Assembly: GCF_006345805.1 (NCBI RefSeq)
Contig: NW_021832488.1
Location: forward strand, 1 to 30,996
Length of the DNA stretch: 30,996 bases
Source: Octopus sinensis
Taxonomy: Eukaryota
Direction of reading: 5' to 3'
Part shown: positions 10,950-21,114 of the stretch, one piece after another
Layout of the letters: every line of letters starts with the position of its first letter
How positions within the stretch are numbered: the first letter of the stretch is position 1
The notes under the pieces: model-generated
Database searches by the model: none
What the model saw: only the letters and a program-made list of their open reading frames with translations
Told to the model about the DNA's origin: nothing
Position numbers and translations under genes: made by a program

Positions 10950-12100
10950 ATGTGTATTTGTTTTTATTTGTTTTTCTGTACAAAATCTGATAATTCAAAA
11001 CTACAGTATGCTGGCGGTGGTGGGGGGTAAAGAAAATGTATTTTTAACAGAAGGATTTTACGATTGGAAAAAAGCCCATCATAAAAATATATAGATCGTC
11101 AATGCTTTAAGGAACATTGAATCTTTGAAGGTCACCGCGTTCTTATTGAATTGGAAGTACTGATTCTTAAATACAATTACAGAATTGGTAGCAAGAGAAT
11201 ATGCAAACAAATCATAAATCTGTAATGAAAAATATTGAACGATTGCAACTTGGTTGCCAACAAGGAATAGCCATGCAGAAAACGCTGATGAATCATCCGG
11301 TTGTATAACCTACTACGTTTGAGATTATTCTGATCTTCTGATGTGATTTAACAAAGCTAGCACAGGCAGATATCTGATCTACAACACACAAAGTGACTTC
11401 TGCTCTAGAATGTCTGCTTTTGTTATTAGAGTCTTATTCGGAGAAGTAGACACAAACTATTTTCCCCAATTGTTGCTGACAAGTTTATCGATAGATCCAA
11501 CGAAAAACAACTTGCGTTATATAGTCATTGGGTCGACAAACGCTTGGTGCCTATGAATATTTTCTGAGTTTTCATCACTTTCTAGATATAAATTCGTCTA
11601 CATTATTTTCAGTTATCATTGATGCACTTACAACACAGCAACTATATTTATGTAGAGGAATAAGATTTGGCAGAAATAATAATATACTTGATAAAGTGGA
11701 CAAGTGTTTGGAAGAGTTTTGAACTGATGTGCATGACAACACGTTGCTATGCATATCTGTTAAGGAAATTACAATGCCATGAATGGTACTACCTGACGTG
11801 ATGAGTAATAGAAAGGTGATTGTTAACTCTCATCAAGTATTCACAATAGACGGGGAATTTAATTGGTGGGTTGATAAAATCATGTTAGAACCTGAAAACA
11901 AATTGACGTCTGGTTGGTATTTTAATGATTGCGTCTAGATTGACAGTTCGCTTTTCTTGCTTTCTATATATTCACGATAATTCTTTAGTCATATTGTAAT
12001 GTTGACAAAAATGTTCAATCAGAATTGGATTCTGGCGTTTGGAATTATATAATTGGATACCAGCCTTAAATGAAAACGTTTAAATTCTACTTTGAACTAA
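10950..12100 (+). mobile_element. Decayed hAT transposase relic (TTF zinc finger / DUF4371, ZMYM1-like group)
   Basis: FLTEGFYDWKKA (GFYDWKKA at 11053-11076), FKEH*..EGH, YF.IVADKFIDRSNEKQLALYSHWVD (from 11458), and YEYFLSFHHFLDINSSTLFSVIIDAL..LCRGI match this hAT group (GF.NWKKA; FSI.ADE.TD.S..EQL; CRGQ.YDG). Many stops. Confidence 0.8.
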
Positions 12101-12336
12101 ATCTCAGCCAGAGATTTAGCTAAAATATCATCAATAGGTGGACAGAGAATAGCGGTAGTTACGAAAGAAATTTTGTATGACATGAAGAACAAAAATTCAT
12201 TTTGTATCTTATATGATGATATTGTACAGAACTCAAGAACATAGCATTTTGTTCCAGATCCTATATTACAACGGATGCAAAAGACCAGTGGCAGAATGAG
12301 TTTTGTGTAGGAATAGTTACTTGTGTATGTACTTTG

Positions 12337-12680
12337 TTAAAGTTTGTTCAGTCTGGATTTGTAATTTTGTATGAAAGTATTCTTTTTGTTTATCCCTGCT
12401 TCATTTGTGGTATTTACTGAACATAGGTAGAGCGAGAAGACCTGGAATTTGGGGGATAATTTTTGCACATATATCTATCTGTCCACTTAGTGGAATCTGT
12501 CAAATACTGGAGGCTCATCTTTGTTGTCAGCGAATGGTCAGTCTATTTCTTAGAGTAAGCTTTGTTTGACCTATGTAATTTTCATTACATCCTTGACATT
12601 TGTAAAAAATGCTTTACATGTTCTTCAAGGAATTTAATATACGCTATCAAATGTCAAAACTCTTTCTGCCACATAAAATG
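12337..12680 (-). mobile_element. Penelope-like element relic: GIY-YIG endonuclease C-terminus
   Basis: Minus strand CQGCNENYIGQTKLTLRNRLTIR*QQ (CQGC 12598-12587, YIGQT 12577-12563), then QIPLSGQIDICAK and, after a frameshift, FQVFSLY..NTFIQNYKSRLNKL* ending at 12337; CxxC..YIGQT..L..R is the PLE GIY-YIG pattern. Confidence 0.85.
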
Positions 12681-13085
12681 AGAAACCTACACAGCTAACA
12701 ACCTAAACATTAGTCACTGGTCTACATACAAACATCTCCTGTCTACGCTCCCACCAGACAGATTAAATTTGGAGTGCCTTGATTGTAGCTAAACATGTTC
12801 ACTCAACCGTGTCGGTCTTCATTTTAGGCTCAAAATATACTGTCACGTGACACTAACGCACTGACATAGCGGGAAACGTACAGAAGTTTCTAAACATAAT
12901 CACGTATTCATTCTCTACAAACATTTGACAGAAAATATTCAGAGCATTGATTATTTAGTACTACCACTAGACTTGTTCAGTCAACCGTATCAGCCTTAAC
13001 TTACGACGCTAAACACTGTCAGTTGATACTAACACAAGAACGTAGTGGGGAACCTACAAACATTTCTGAGACCAGTCATGTGACT
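12675..13085. repeat. Diverged tandem repeat, ~180 bp unit, about 2.3 copies
   Basis: tgttcactcaaccgtgtcgg (12796) vs tgttcagtcaaccgtatcag (12974), 178 bp apart; gaaacgtaca/gaacctaca motif recurs near 12682, 12873 and 13050. Confidence 0.7.
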
Positions 13086-13379
13086 ATCCTTTACCAATCA
13101 AAACCTATTTGAAACATATACTAATTTGAGCCATGAACTCCCTATAAATATAGGGCAAGCTTCAAACTCTAGTCAGAAGTAAAACAGCTGCGACATAAGC
13201 CACGTCTTTCTATTTCAATTTTTTGAAAATCAGTGTAAACTGTAAAACCGGTAAATCTTTGAATATAATAATAAAAAATATTGTAACTATTCTCAGTGCA
13301 TTTTCAGCTTCTACTTTTCCTATATTTTCTCTCGCCATTCCTTAATTCTTCGATCCCGTGTGGAATAAAATACCTGTTT

Positions 13380-13385
13380 TATATA

Positions 13386-13457
<72 letters not shown>
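13380..13457. repeat. (AT)n microsatellite
   Basis: Direct reading. Confidence 0.95.
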
Positions 13458-13459
<2 letters not shown>

Positions 13460-14254
13460 GCAAAAATGGGACAAGAACGCAAAACATCCAGACAGACGAT
13501 ACAGGAAAACAAGGACGGATCATTCCGAGTTTTCTATCCTCAATCGAGTTCCAGATTATCTTTGCAATTTCGGTTGGACTCGAGATTGCTCCAATCTGGC
13601 CAGCCCCAAGGCAAAAATAAGCTAAGAGCATTACATTCCTTGGAAGAAAGCGGCGAATGTATACGAAAACAAGGACGGAAAAATAAACAGAGAAATGTTA
13701 CACAAGTACAAATAACAGGATATAACAACAGGTGTCTTTCGACTGAGGACGAATTAAATTAAGCTGGCGTGTGTGGAAGTAAAGCCTTACGGCAGAGACA
13801 AGATTTAACAAGCACAGGAAGGAATATAGATGTTGCACGGACAGTAGTCCAACTAAGAAAGAAACGTCAGGCCCGGTCGAACGCCGGTCACGTGGAGAAA
13901 GAAGAGAGAGAGGTAGAGGCAGAGAGATAGAAGAATTAAGGAAGGGCGAGAGAAAAAGGAAAGAGACACAGAGAAGTGAAAGAGGGAAAGTGAGCATGAA
14001 GAGAAGGCCAGGAAATGTGAGAGAGGGGGAACGAAAGAACGAAGAGTGGAATGAACGAAGTGTGAAAGGGCTAATCGCCACATCAAAGTGGTTGTTCCAT
14101 GTCACTACTAGTTTAACCCCAGGCAGATCTTCCGTCATCTGCTTATCGGTGCGGCTATGTACCCTGCATATAACTTAGATTGTTTTCGGCCATTATCGGC
14201 CCAGGCCATGACTGGGAAGAACAAACACCTATCATCTTCTAACAGACAATAGGA

Positions 14255-14299
14255 TCGCGAGACTGAGTTTCGAGCATGTTCGCTTATCTTCAGTTACGA
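14255..14299 (-). ncRNA. Degenerate minimal hammerhead motif
   Basis: UCGUAA-CUGAAGA-U-AAGC-GAACAU-GCUC-GAAA-C-UCA-GUC-UCGCGA: cores and GUC triplet intact; stem II has an A-C mismatch at the core-proximal pair and stem I one mismatch. Confidence 0.5.
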
Positions 14300-14328
14300 A
14301 TATCTGGTCGCCAGAACGATAACTAGGG

Positions 14329-14504
14329 TTCGCTCCAGCCAGCAATGTATTGTAAACAAAGCGATCATCGGTCACTGATTTGCAACAAGCAAAATAGCTA
14401 GTTGTAAAATCTCAAGAAGAGAACAGATTAGTAACTATACAAACAAGTTGCAAATCAGTAACCGATGACTGCTTTGTTTATAATATATTGCTGACTGGAG
14501 CGGA
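14329..14504. repeat. 58-bp inverted repeat with 60-nt spacer
   Basis: Arms 14329-14386 and 14447-14504 match at 51/58 positions; all 7 differences are transitions. Confidence 0.92.
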
Positions 14505-14561
14505 GCGATGAGGGAACAACAAACAGATGTATTAGTTTGACGCTTGAGAAGACTGAAAAAA

Positions 14562-14599
14562 TCTTTCACGTTTCGAGTCTAGGCTCTTCAACAGAGAGG
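14562..14599 (-). ncRNA. Variant or degenerate minimal hammerhead motif
   Basis: UCUCU-CUGUUGA-A-GAGC-CUAG-ACUC-GAAA-CGU-G-AAAGA: same layout as 7500-7534 but A6>U, G at position 17, and one mismatch each in stems I and II. Confidence 0.45.
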
Positions 14600-15763
14600 G
14601 ATGAGAGGGGGAATGGAGAAAGAACGAAAAAAATCGGAGAGAGTAAAGAAAGTGTCGGCATTAACGGTTTAACACGCTGAAATGATCGGAAGAGACAGGC
14701 CGAGTGAAAGGGAGATAATAACAGTGACCCGGCTGAACTATGGTGCGCAAGCGAGTGTGTGTGTGAGTGTGTATGCGTGGGCGAGCGTAAAGATATATGT
14801 GGGCTGGCGTGTGCTTATGGGAGCGTGTGTGTGTGTATAAGTAACCTAATGCGTGCATTGTATGAAGTGATGTGTGCTTCGTGTATTTGTGTTGGGGGTG
14901 TGTATGGACGTGTGAATATGTGTGTGAAGTTGTGTATAGTATGTGTGTGATACTATACATATGAATCTGATTTTATAAATGAAAACACTTGTTTTGTACG
15001 ACACGTCAATGTCAACTTTATGTGGGCTACAATTAGAACAAGATACTACGTTTAAATTCTTTTGATATGTAGAAAATAAAATTGCTGCATCATTAGATAG
15101 CAAAAATCGAATTTGCTTCGCAGCTTCTATCTTTTTAATTGGTGTGTTTGGGAAAAACATAACATCTCATTACACATAAAATCCGTATTTATCGATCGTC
15201 TGTTAAATCTGTATTGTTATATGGTACTAAAGCAATTAATCCATACCATTTAGATGTGTTTGAAGTATTTTAAATGGAATGCCTTTCACGAATATGCTTT
15301 GGATCAATTGCCTACGAAATAATCGCATTGAATAAACTTGACTTTTCCAGCCAACAGTTAAGGAAATAATTCAGAACTAGCGTTATGCTATTGTGGATAT
15401 TGAAGCTGAATGGAACCATTGAAAGCTGTCATACAAGATATTTACACAGCTCAATGTCACGGTGTTTTCGTGATTTTTGTGTTGTACCATATTCTGTTTG
15501 CATTTGGCAGACGTTTCATGAGAATGGCTCACCAATATTCTTTGTATTCTTGTGTGCGAGCATCCGAATGTGCAGAACCTCAGAAATATATCTTAAACAG
15601 TTATATTATTGTTCCTTTACATGTATATGTGTATATAAAAACATATGTGTGTGTGTGTGTGCGCGTGTGTATGTGAGCATGTCTGTCTGTCTGTTTGCGT
15701 CTGTGTGTGTACCCATACGTAAGCGAGTCTGTACTTTTCTGTGATGAACATTTATCATCTACT

Positions 15764-15807
<44 letters not shown>

Positions 15808-15959
15808 ACGCACACACACACATGTATGTATATTTATATGTATGCAGGTGCATGTATGCGCATGCGTGTGTGCGCGCATGCGTATGTGTTTGAATTGCAA
15901 TCTTTCTTTCAGGTAACTATTCTTGATATTTTACAGTTGCATACCTTTTTTTCTAATCG

Positions 15960-17100
15960 TTTTCAAAGAACAGAAAATCGCATAAATTTGCCCCGTTCAA
16001 CATAACAGAATTCTACTCGTCGGCTGAAAAACATCTCCTAGCAATAATATTCGACTTAGCAAACATATTTTCCCCAATCAACAACCACCATTACGATAAT
16101 GACTGCGAAAATTTTCCTTCGGTTCTATATTTCTCCCGGGTTAAAAAAAATTAATGAAGAATTGTCGAATGTTGGTACGCATTACTATGATGTAGCAACG
16201 TTTTCAGACATAGATTTTTACATTTTTGTATATATTACTTAGCAATGCTACGTAATATATACAACGATTTAAAGATAAAACACTACAAATATAGAGGCCA
16301 AGTACTCCCTCAAAAGTTAGAAGGGCATTAACTAGATAAAATTCAGAAAAAAATATTATAGCAAATACTTTTAAAGAATTCAGTAACGAAGTAATACTCC
16401 AGGTTAATCTTCCTATTGTCCACTTTCTAGATGTAAAGCTAAGTCTACTTACAGAAAAATATTAATCTTATAAGAAGCGTAATGAATTGGTGATTTATAC
16501 AAACAGACATTCTAATCACCCTACTTGAATAATTACTTTTTTTAAATGTCGGCAGCATAAGCATGAAACCTTCACAATATCCACTGACAAAATAAAATTC
16601 GACAAGGAAGCACTAAGGAGAAGCGTTAGAACTTATAATTATTGCTAAAGAAACTAAAACCTCGACAAAATCAACTATTCAGTCTAAATGTAGTGTTAAG
16701 TGTACGAAATTTTGCTAGTGCTTATCATTAAACACTTTCCAACTGACCATAGGTATCATATGCTCTTTAATAAGACTAATACAAAAGTTGGTAATAGTTA
16801 TGCACGAAACCAAAGAATGCCAACCAGAATATAATAACCAAATACCTAATAATCCCCTGTCTAAAAGCAAAATAGATGTAACTTCAAAATTTCAATACCA
16901 TACTCGTAAATTGGTAATTATTTTTTAAGTAATTTATATGACAGCGGTACTGCAAAAGAGAGCTCCGTAAAACTATATCCAAGTAACTAGCAGAACATAC
17001 AAAAATGTAACGTTTTATTTGCGGTATACTGGAGGCTAAAGGAAAATGAACGTTTAACTATCTAGAATATTCACTTAAAGATGCGCAAAGCGAAAAACTT
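15960..17100 (+). mobile_element. Penelope-like element relic: reverse transcriptase, thumb/linker and degenerate GIY-YIG
   Basis: FNITEFYSS (FDI.EFYPS), VHFLDVKLSL..Y*SYKKRNELVIYTNRHSNHPT*II (NFLDV..L...YKPY.KPN....SNHP..II), KHFPTDHRYHMLFNKTNTKVGNSY (KHFP..H..HKIFN..TVKVSYS), then VIYMTAV and YIQVTSRTYK. Heavily mutated. Confidence 0.85.
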
Positions 17101-17704
17101 GACTATTGACAAAATCATGAGTTTAAATATAGGAATAAACTCTACACTATATATTGAGGACTATCTTTCTTTTCACTTAGGAACTTTAACATTTGTATAT
17201 GTGTTGTGTTTGTATTTGTGTGTGTGTGTTTGAGAGAGAGAGAAAGAGAGAGAGAAAGGAAGTAAGAGAAGAAAGAGAGAGGAAAGGGTTTGTAGTAAAT
17301 GGCATGGACAGGAAGACATATATTCAGAACACTGGACAGTCTGACAAACAAACAACAGAATGTCTTTGTAATTCCGGCTATCAAAGCCATCTTAGTAGTT
17401 AATATTGTGATCAAAGTCAAATAACAGAACCTTTATTCTGTTGCAATTGTTACACTTTACAATTACTGTATGCGATATTTCTGCAGTTGAAGAATCTTCT
17501 AAACAGCGTAACTGAGATGTTATTGATTGTTGTGACGGATGCATTGTTTGTTCTCTTTCAAGATTAAATTATGGTTTTACTACATCTTATAAGAAAGTAA
17601 AAGAGAAAATCTTATCTAAAATCAAAGCAGAAATGACACAATTCAGCTTGCACATATTTATTTGTCTCTTTCATATATCCTTATATTATTTTTATGATAA
17701 TACT

Positions 17705-17820
17705 TGTTTCAGTCATTAGACTACGGTCATGCTGCAGCACCGCCTTCAATAAATTTTAGTCTATAATATCGAGCCCAGTAACTTTTTCATCTACAGGTTT
17801 ACTCTATCGATTCTTAAATA
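17705..17820 (-). mobile_element. SINE family B, diverged 3' fragment
   Basis: tacttgtttcagtcattagactacggtcatgctgcagcaccgcc matches the tail at 26421-26465. Confidence 0.75.
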
Positions 17821-19211
17821 TCAAATGGTTCTGTTACTATAATGTGTGTAATATGCATATGTACAGAAAACTCCTCATATATACAAATACATAAATGAGG
17901 AAAAATAGCGAAATAGAGTGAGGGGAGATAGAGAGAGGGAGAAATATGTTTTACATACAGGTGTATACAAGTGTGAGTTGGCCATTTAGTGATGCAATGA
18001 GCATAAAACTACGTGAGCGCTGCATTTGTGTCTATGTGTTGTAATGCATTTGAAGTGGATAGAGAACTTTTAGTCTATTTTTTTCATATCTCAATTAATG
18101 GGTGAGTTTAAAACTTCTACCACCGGATCCAGCTGTCAAAAAAAAAAAAAAGAAAAAATACTACGCGAGGGAAATGTAGGCTGAATATTAAACCCCCCAC
18201 TATCAATACATAAAGCTTATCAGTTCATGAAATGGTGGAAAGCTTATCCATTTATGAAAGGGCCAGCAGCTGATAAGACTCTTTATCAGAACTTCAGAGG
18301 GTAACTTTAACTCAAATGATAATGCTTGTAGTCAATAAGAGTCAGATAGTATGAAAGATCTGAATGTTAGCTTTTATTCTTGGCATGCATTCGTCTCAAT
18401 ATTTGCTTCCTCACCTTATCAATGTACTCATATTACATTTTTCTCAAGTCAGACGCATTTGTAATCACCTCGGAAAAGGTTTGTTGCTTTAGTATGTTCG
18501 CCCATCATTCTTAATTCTTCCTGTCATGTATACTAACAAATCAATTGTACTGCATATTGGTAATAATAACAACGAACTCACAATTCTCATCAATATTAAT
18601 GTTCTAAGCATATTTTAGATCATCGACAACAGTTGCAAAATTTAAGTAAATTCAAACAAAATGAGGCCTCAACATATAGTCAGATTTGCAGTATATTATA
18701 GACATGCATATACACGTTTGTGCGCGCGCGCGTGTGTGTGTAATCAGAGCCGATGGCCAAAATATTCATGAACAGATATTAATGACTGCATCAGCGGTTC
18801 TATTCACATGCATAAAAAGGCAGATGTAGTACCCAGTCGCTCTCCAAAAAGTTATCATCAGAGGTCATTCCCGTATCTACATTCAGCTCTGAACAGTTTT
18901 GTCTCACTCATTTTTTTAAAGGAAAGTTAAAGAACGATAAAGAAGAACCAATAAATTTTGTAGGCGTCTCAAGACTGGTGATAAACGAGGTGACTGACTG
19001 GCAAGTCTAAAGGAAGATCTGGTCGATGGGAGAATCTTTTCCCAAATTTTTCTACAGAAGGAGCACCATTAAAGGTACTAGCTACTTGAGGGCAGTACTT
19101 AATAGGTGGCATGTTGGGCCACAACCTAAGTTGGACATTCATCATGCTTTACAGAGTTCGCTTTTTGTATCTGCAGCTACATAAGTGTGTGTGTGCACAT
19201 TTTGTACATTT

Positions 19212-19585
19212 ACATGGTTCTGGGTTCAGTCCCACTGCGTGACACCGGCCGACCAAAGCCTTGTGAGTGGATTTGGTAGACAGAAGCTGAAAGAAGCCCA
19301 TCGTATATGAGTGTGTATGTATGTGTGTGTGTGTGTATGTTTGTATGTATGTGTGTGTGTGTGTGTGTGTGTGTTCTGTGTGTGTGTCTGTGTCTGTGTT
19401 TGTCCCTCCAACATCGCTTGACAACCGATGGTGATGTGTTTACGTCCCCGTAACTTAGCGGTTCGGCAAAAGAGACCGATAGAATATGTACTAGGCTTAC
19501 AAAGAATAAGTCCTGGGGTCGATTTGCTCCAGCATGGCCACAGTCAAATGACTGAAACAAGTAAAAGAGTAAAAGAGTAAAAGAG
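19212..19585 (+). mobile_element. SINE family B, 5'-truncated, with two internal deletions
   Basis: B box ggttcagtcc, internal (GT)n, tail ending in (GTAAAAGA)n. Lacks about 29 nt of the CORE-like segment and the gactaaaggcggt segment present in 26414-26830. Confidence 0.9.
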
Positions 19586-19899
19586 ATGCTTTCAAGAAAC
19601 ATTTTTATAGAACCTCTGTTTTATAAGCCCATAAAATCCCTGGCGAAGTTCTGCTCCACATAGTTAAAAGTGATACCATTCTTAGCATATGACCAAATGC
19701 TTACATATCAACTGGGGACTAGAACCGAAACATGTATGAAGGTTTTTTTTCGCATCTCCCATTTCTTTTTGAGCTTTACAACTTATAATTTATTTGTATT
19801 GTTATTTTTTTCCAAAACTCAACATCTTATATCATGCGAAAAAATTATTCATATATCCATATGTAAATATGTATATGTTTGTGTCTGTGTGCGTGTGTA

Positions 19900-20018
19900 T
19901 GTATATATATATATATATATATAAAATATATGTATATGTATATGCATATATATATGTAGATATACATATATATATATACATATATATATATACATATATA
20001 TATACATATATATATACA

Positions 20019-20102
<84 letters not shown>

Positions 20103-20115
20103 AGCACACACACAC
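19900..20115. repeat. Long interrupted (AT)n tract
   Basis: Direct reading. Confidence 0.95.
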
Positions 20116-20359
20116 GCATGAAACAGTATTTTTGTTAATCCAAGAATAAAGAATATTTATGTTCCAATTCAGTTTTGAGCACTCATTCTCTCTTTCGATA
20201 TTGGCGTATATATAGACATTTGTATATATGTATGTGTGTGTCTGTCTGTCTGCCTGCCCGTTTATGAATGTATGTCTCTGTACCGGTATTGGTGTGTTTA
20301 CGTCCTCGTAATTTAATGATGTGTGATGTGGCAGACCTGCTACGAGCGCCACCCCTGGA

Positions 20360-20817
20360 AATGTGGTATTGTACATCGAGGAAATTCGACCCCAGAGCCA
20401 GCACATCAATCAAGAATTCTACTCTAACGTTTTGAAGCCTTTGAGAGAGAAAATTCGGCGAAAGCGACCGGATCCTGTGGACCAGGATCCTTCACGACAG
20501 CAATGCACTCCTCACTCGTGAGTTTCTCGCCAAAAACATGCTATTGCTTCCGCATCAGCCTATTCGCCATATTTCGTACCCAAGATGAAAATGCAGCTCA
20601 ACGGTCGCTGTTTTAACACCGTTGTCGAGATCCAGAGCGAGTCGCAGAAGGACCTTGACTCGCTAAAGGAAAACGGATTCCAAAAGTGGCAGGAACGCTG
20701 GGACCGGAGTATTGCTGCGCAAGGTGAGTTTTTCGAATGAGATGATGTTAAAATTTAGGTAAATAAGTTATTTTTTATTAAATATAACTAATCCGGGAAC
20801 CTTTTGGTACCACCTCG
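20360..20817 (+). mobile_element. Mariner element, 3' half with right TIR
   Basis: [74 protein letters not shown]; terminus aatccgggaaccttttggtaccacctcg (20790-20817) followed by TA. Confidence 0.92.
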
Positions 20818-20984
20818 TAAACACGGATGTTCTGTTAGAACAAATTACACTGCGGTAGTTATTATGAGAGAAACACTCTTATTGACTTTGGCGCAAAATG
20901 CACTCTTGTTTATATCGTTAGCGGGAAGGTAAATTCCCGCCACCTCTGGCTCCGTGACCACCAGATCATATGATTTCGATCGCC

Positions 20985-21032
20985 ATACACACACACAGAC
21001 ATACACACACACACACACACCACACACACACA

Positions 21033-21094
<62 letters not shown>

Positions 21095-21097
21095 ACA
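20985..21097. repeat. (CA)n microsatellite
   Basis: Direct reading. Confidence 0.95.
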
Positions 21098-21114
21098 TTA
21101 TACATATACGTATG

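Larger units (their letters stand above)
13457..14660 (-). mobile_element. Composite non-autonomous repeat region (Penelope-like, inferred) with hammerhead-like cores and a long hairpin
   Basis: Alternating CT-rich tracts and T-rich tails on the minus strand, two hammerhead-like cores, a 58-bp inverted repeat and an internal direct repeat (gaaaacaaggacgga at ~13506 and ~13666). No recognisable ORF. Confidence 0.5.

Noticed and set aside
12861-12880. CUGAC..GAAACGUA inside the 180-bp tandem repeat
   Set aside because: G8-A9 missing, no stem II, and not retained in the neighbouring unit.
13358-14138. 134-aa and 146-aa ORFs
   Set aside because: They lie in a purine/pyrimidine-skewed repeat and partly in (AT)n; no recognisable domain.
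20845-20985. Non-repetitive C-terminal part of a minus-strand ORF (SYDLVVTEPEVAGIYLP..)
   Set aside because: No start or acceptor apart from the (GT)n tract; no recognisable motif.
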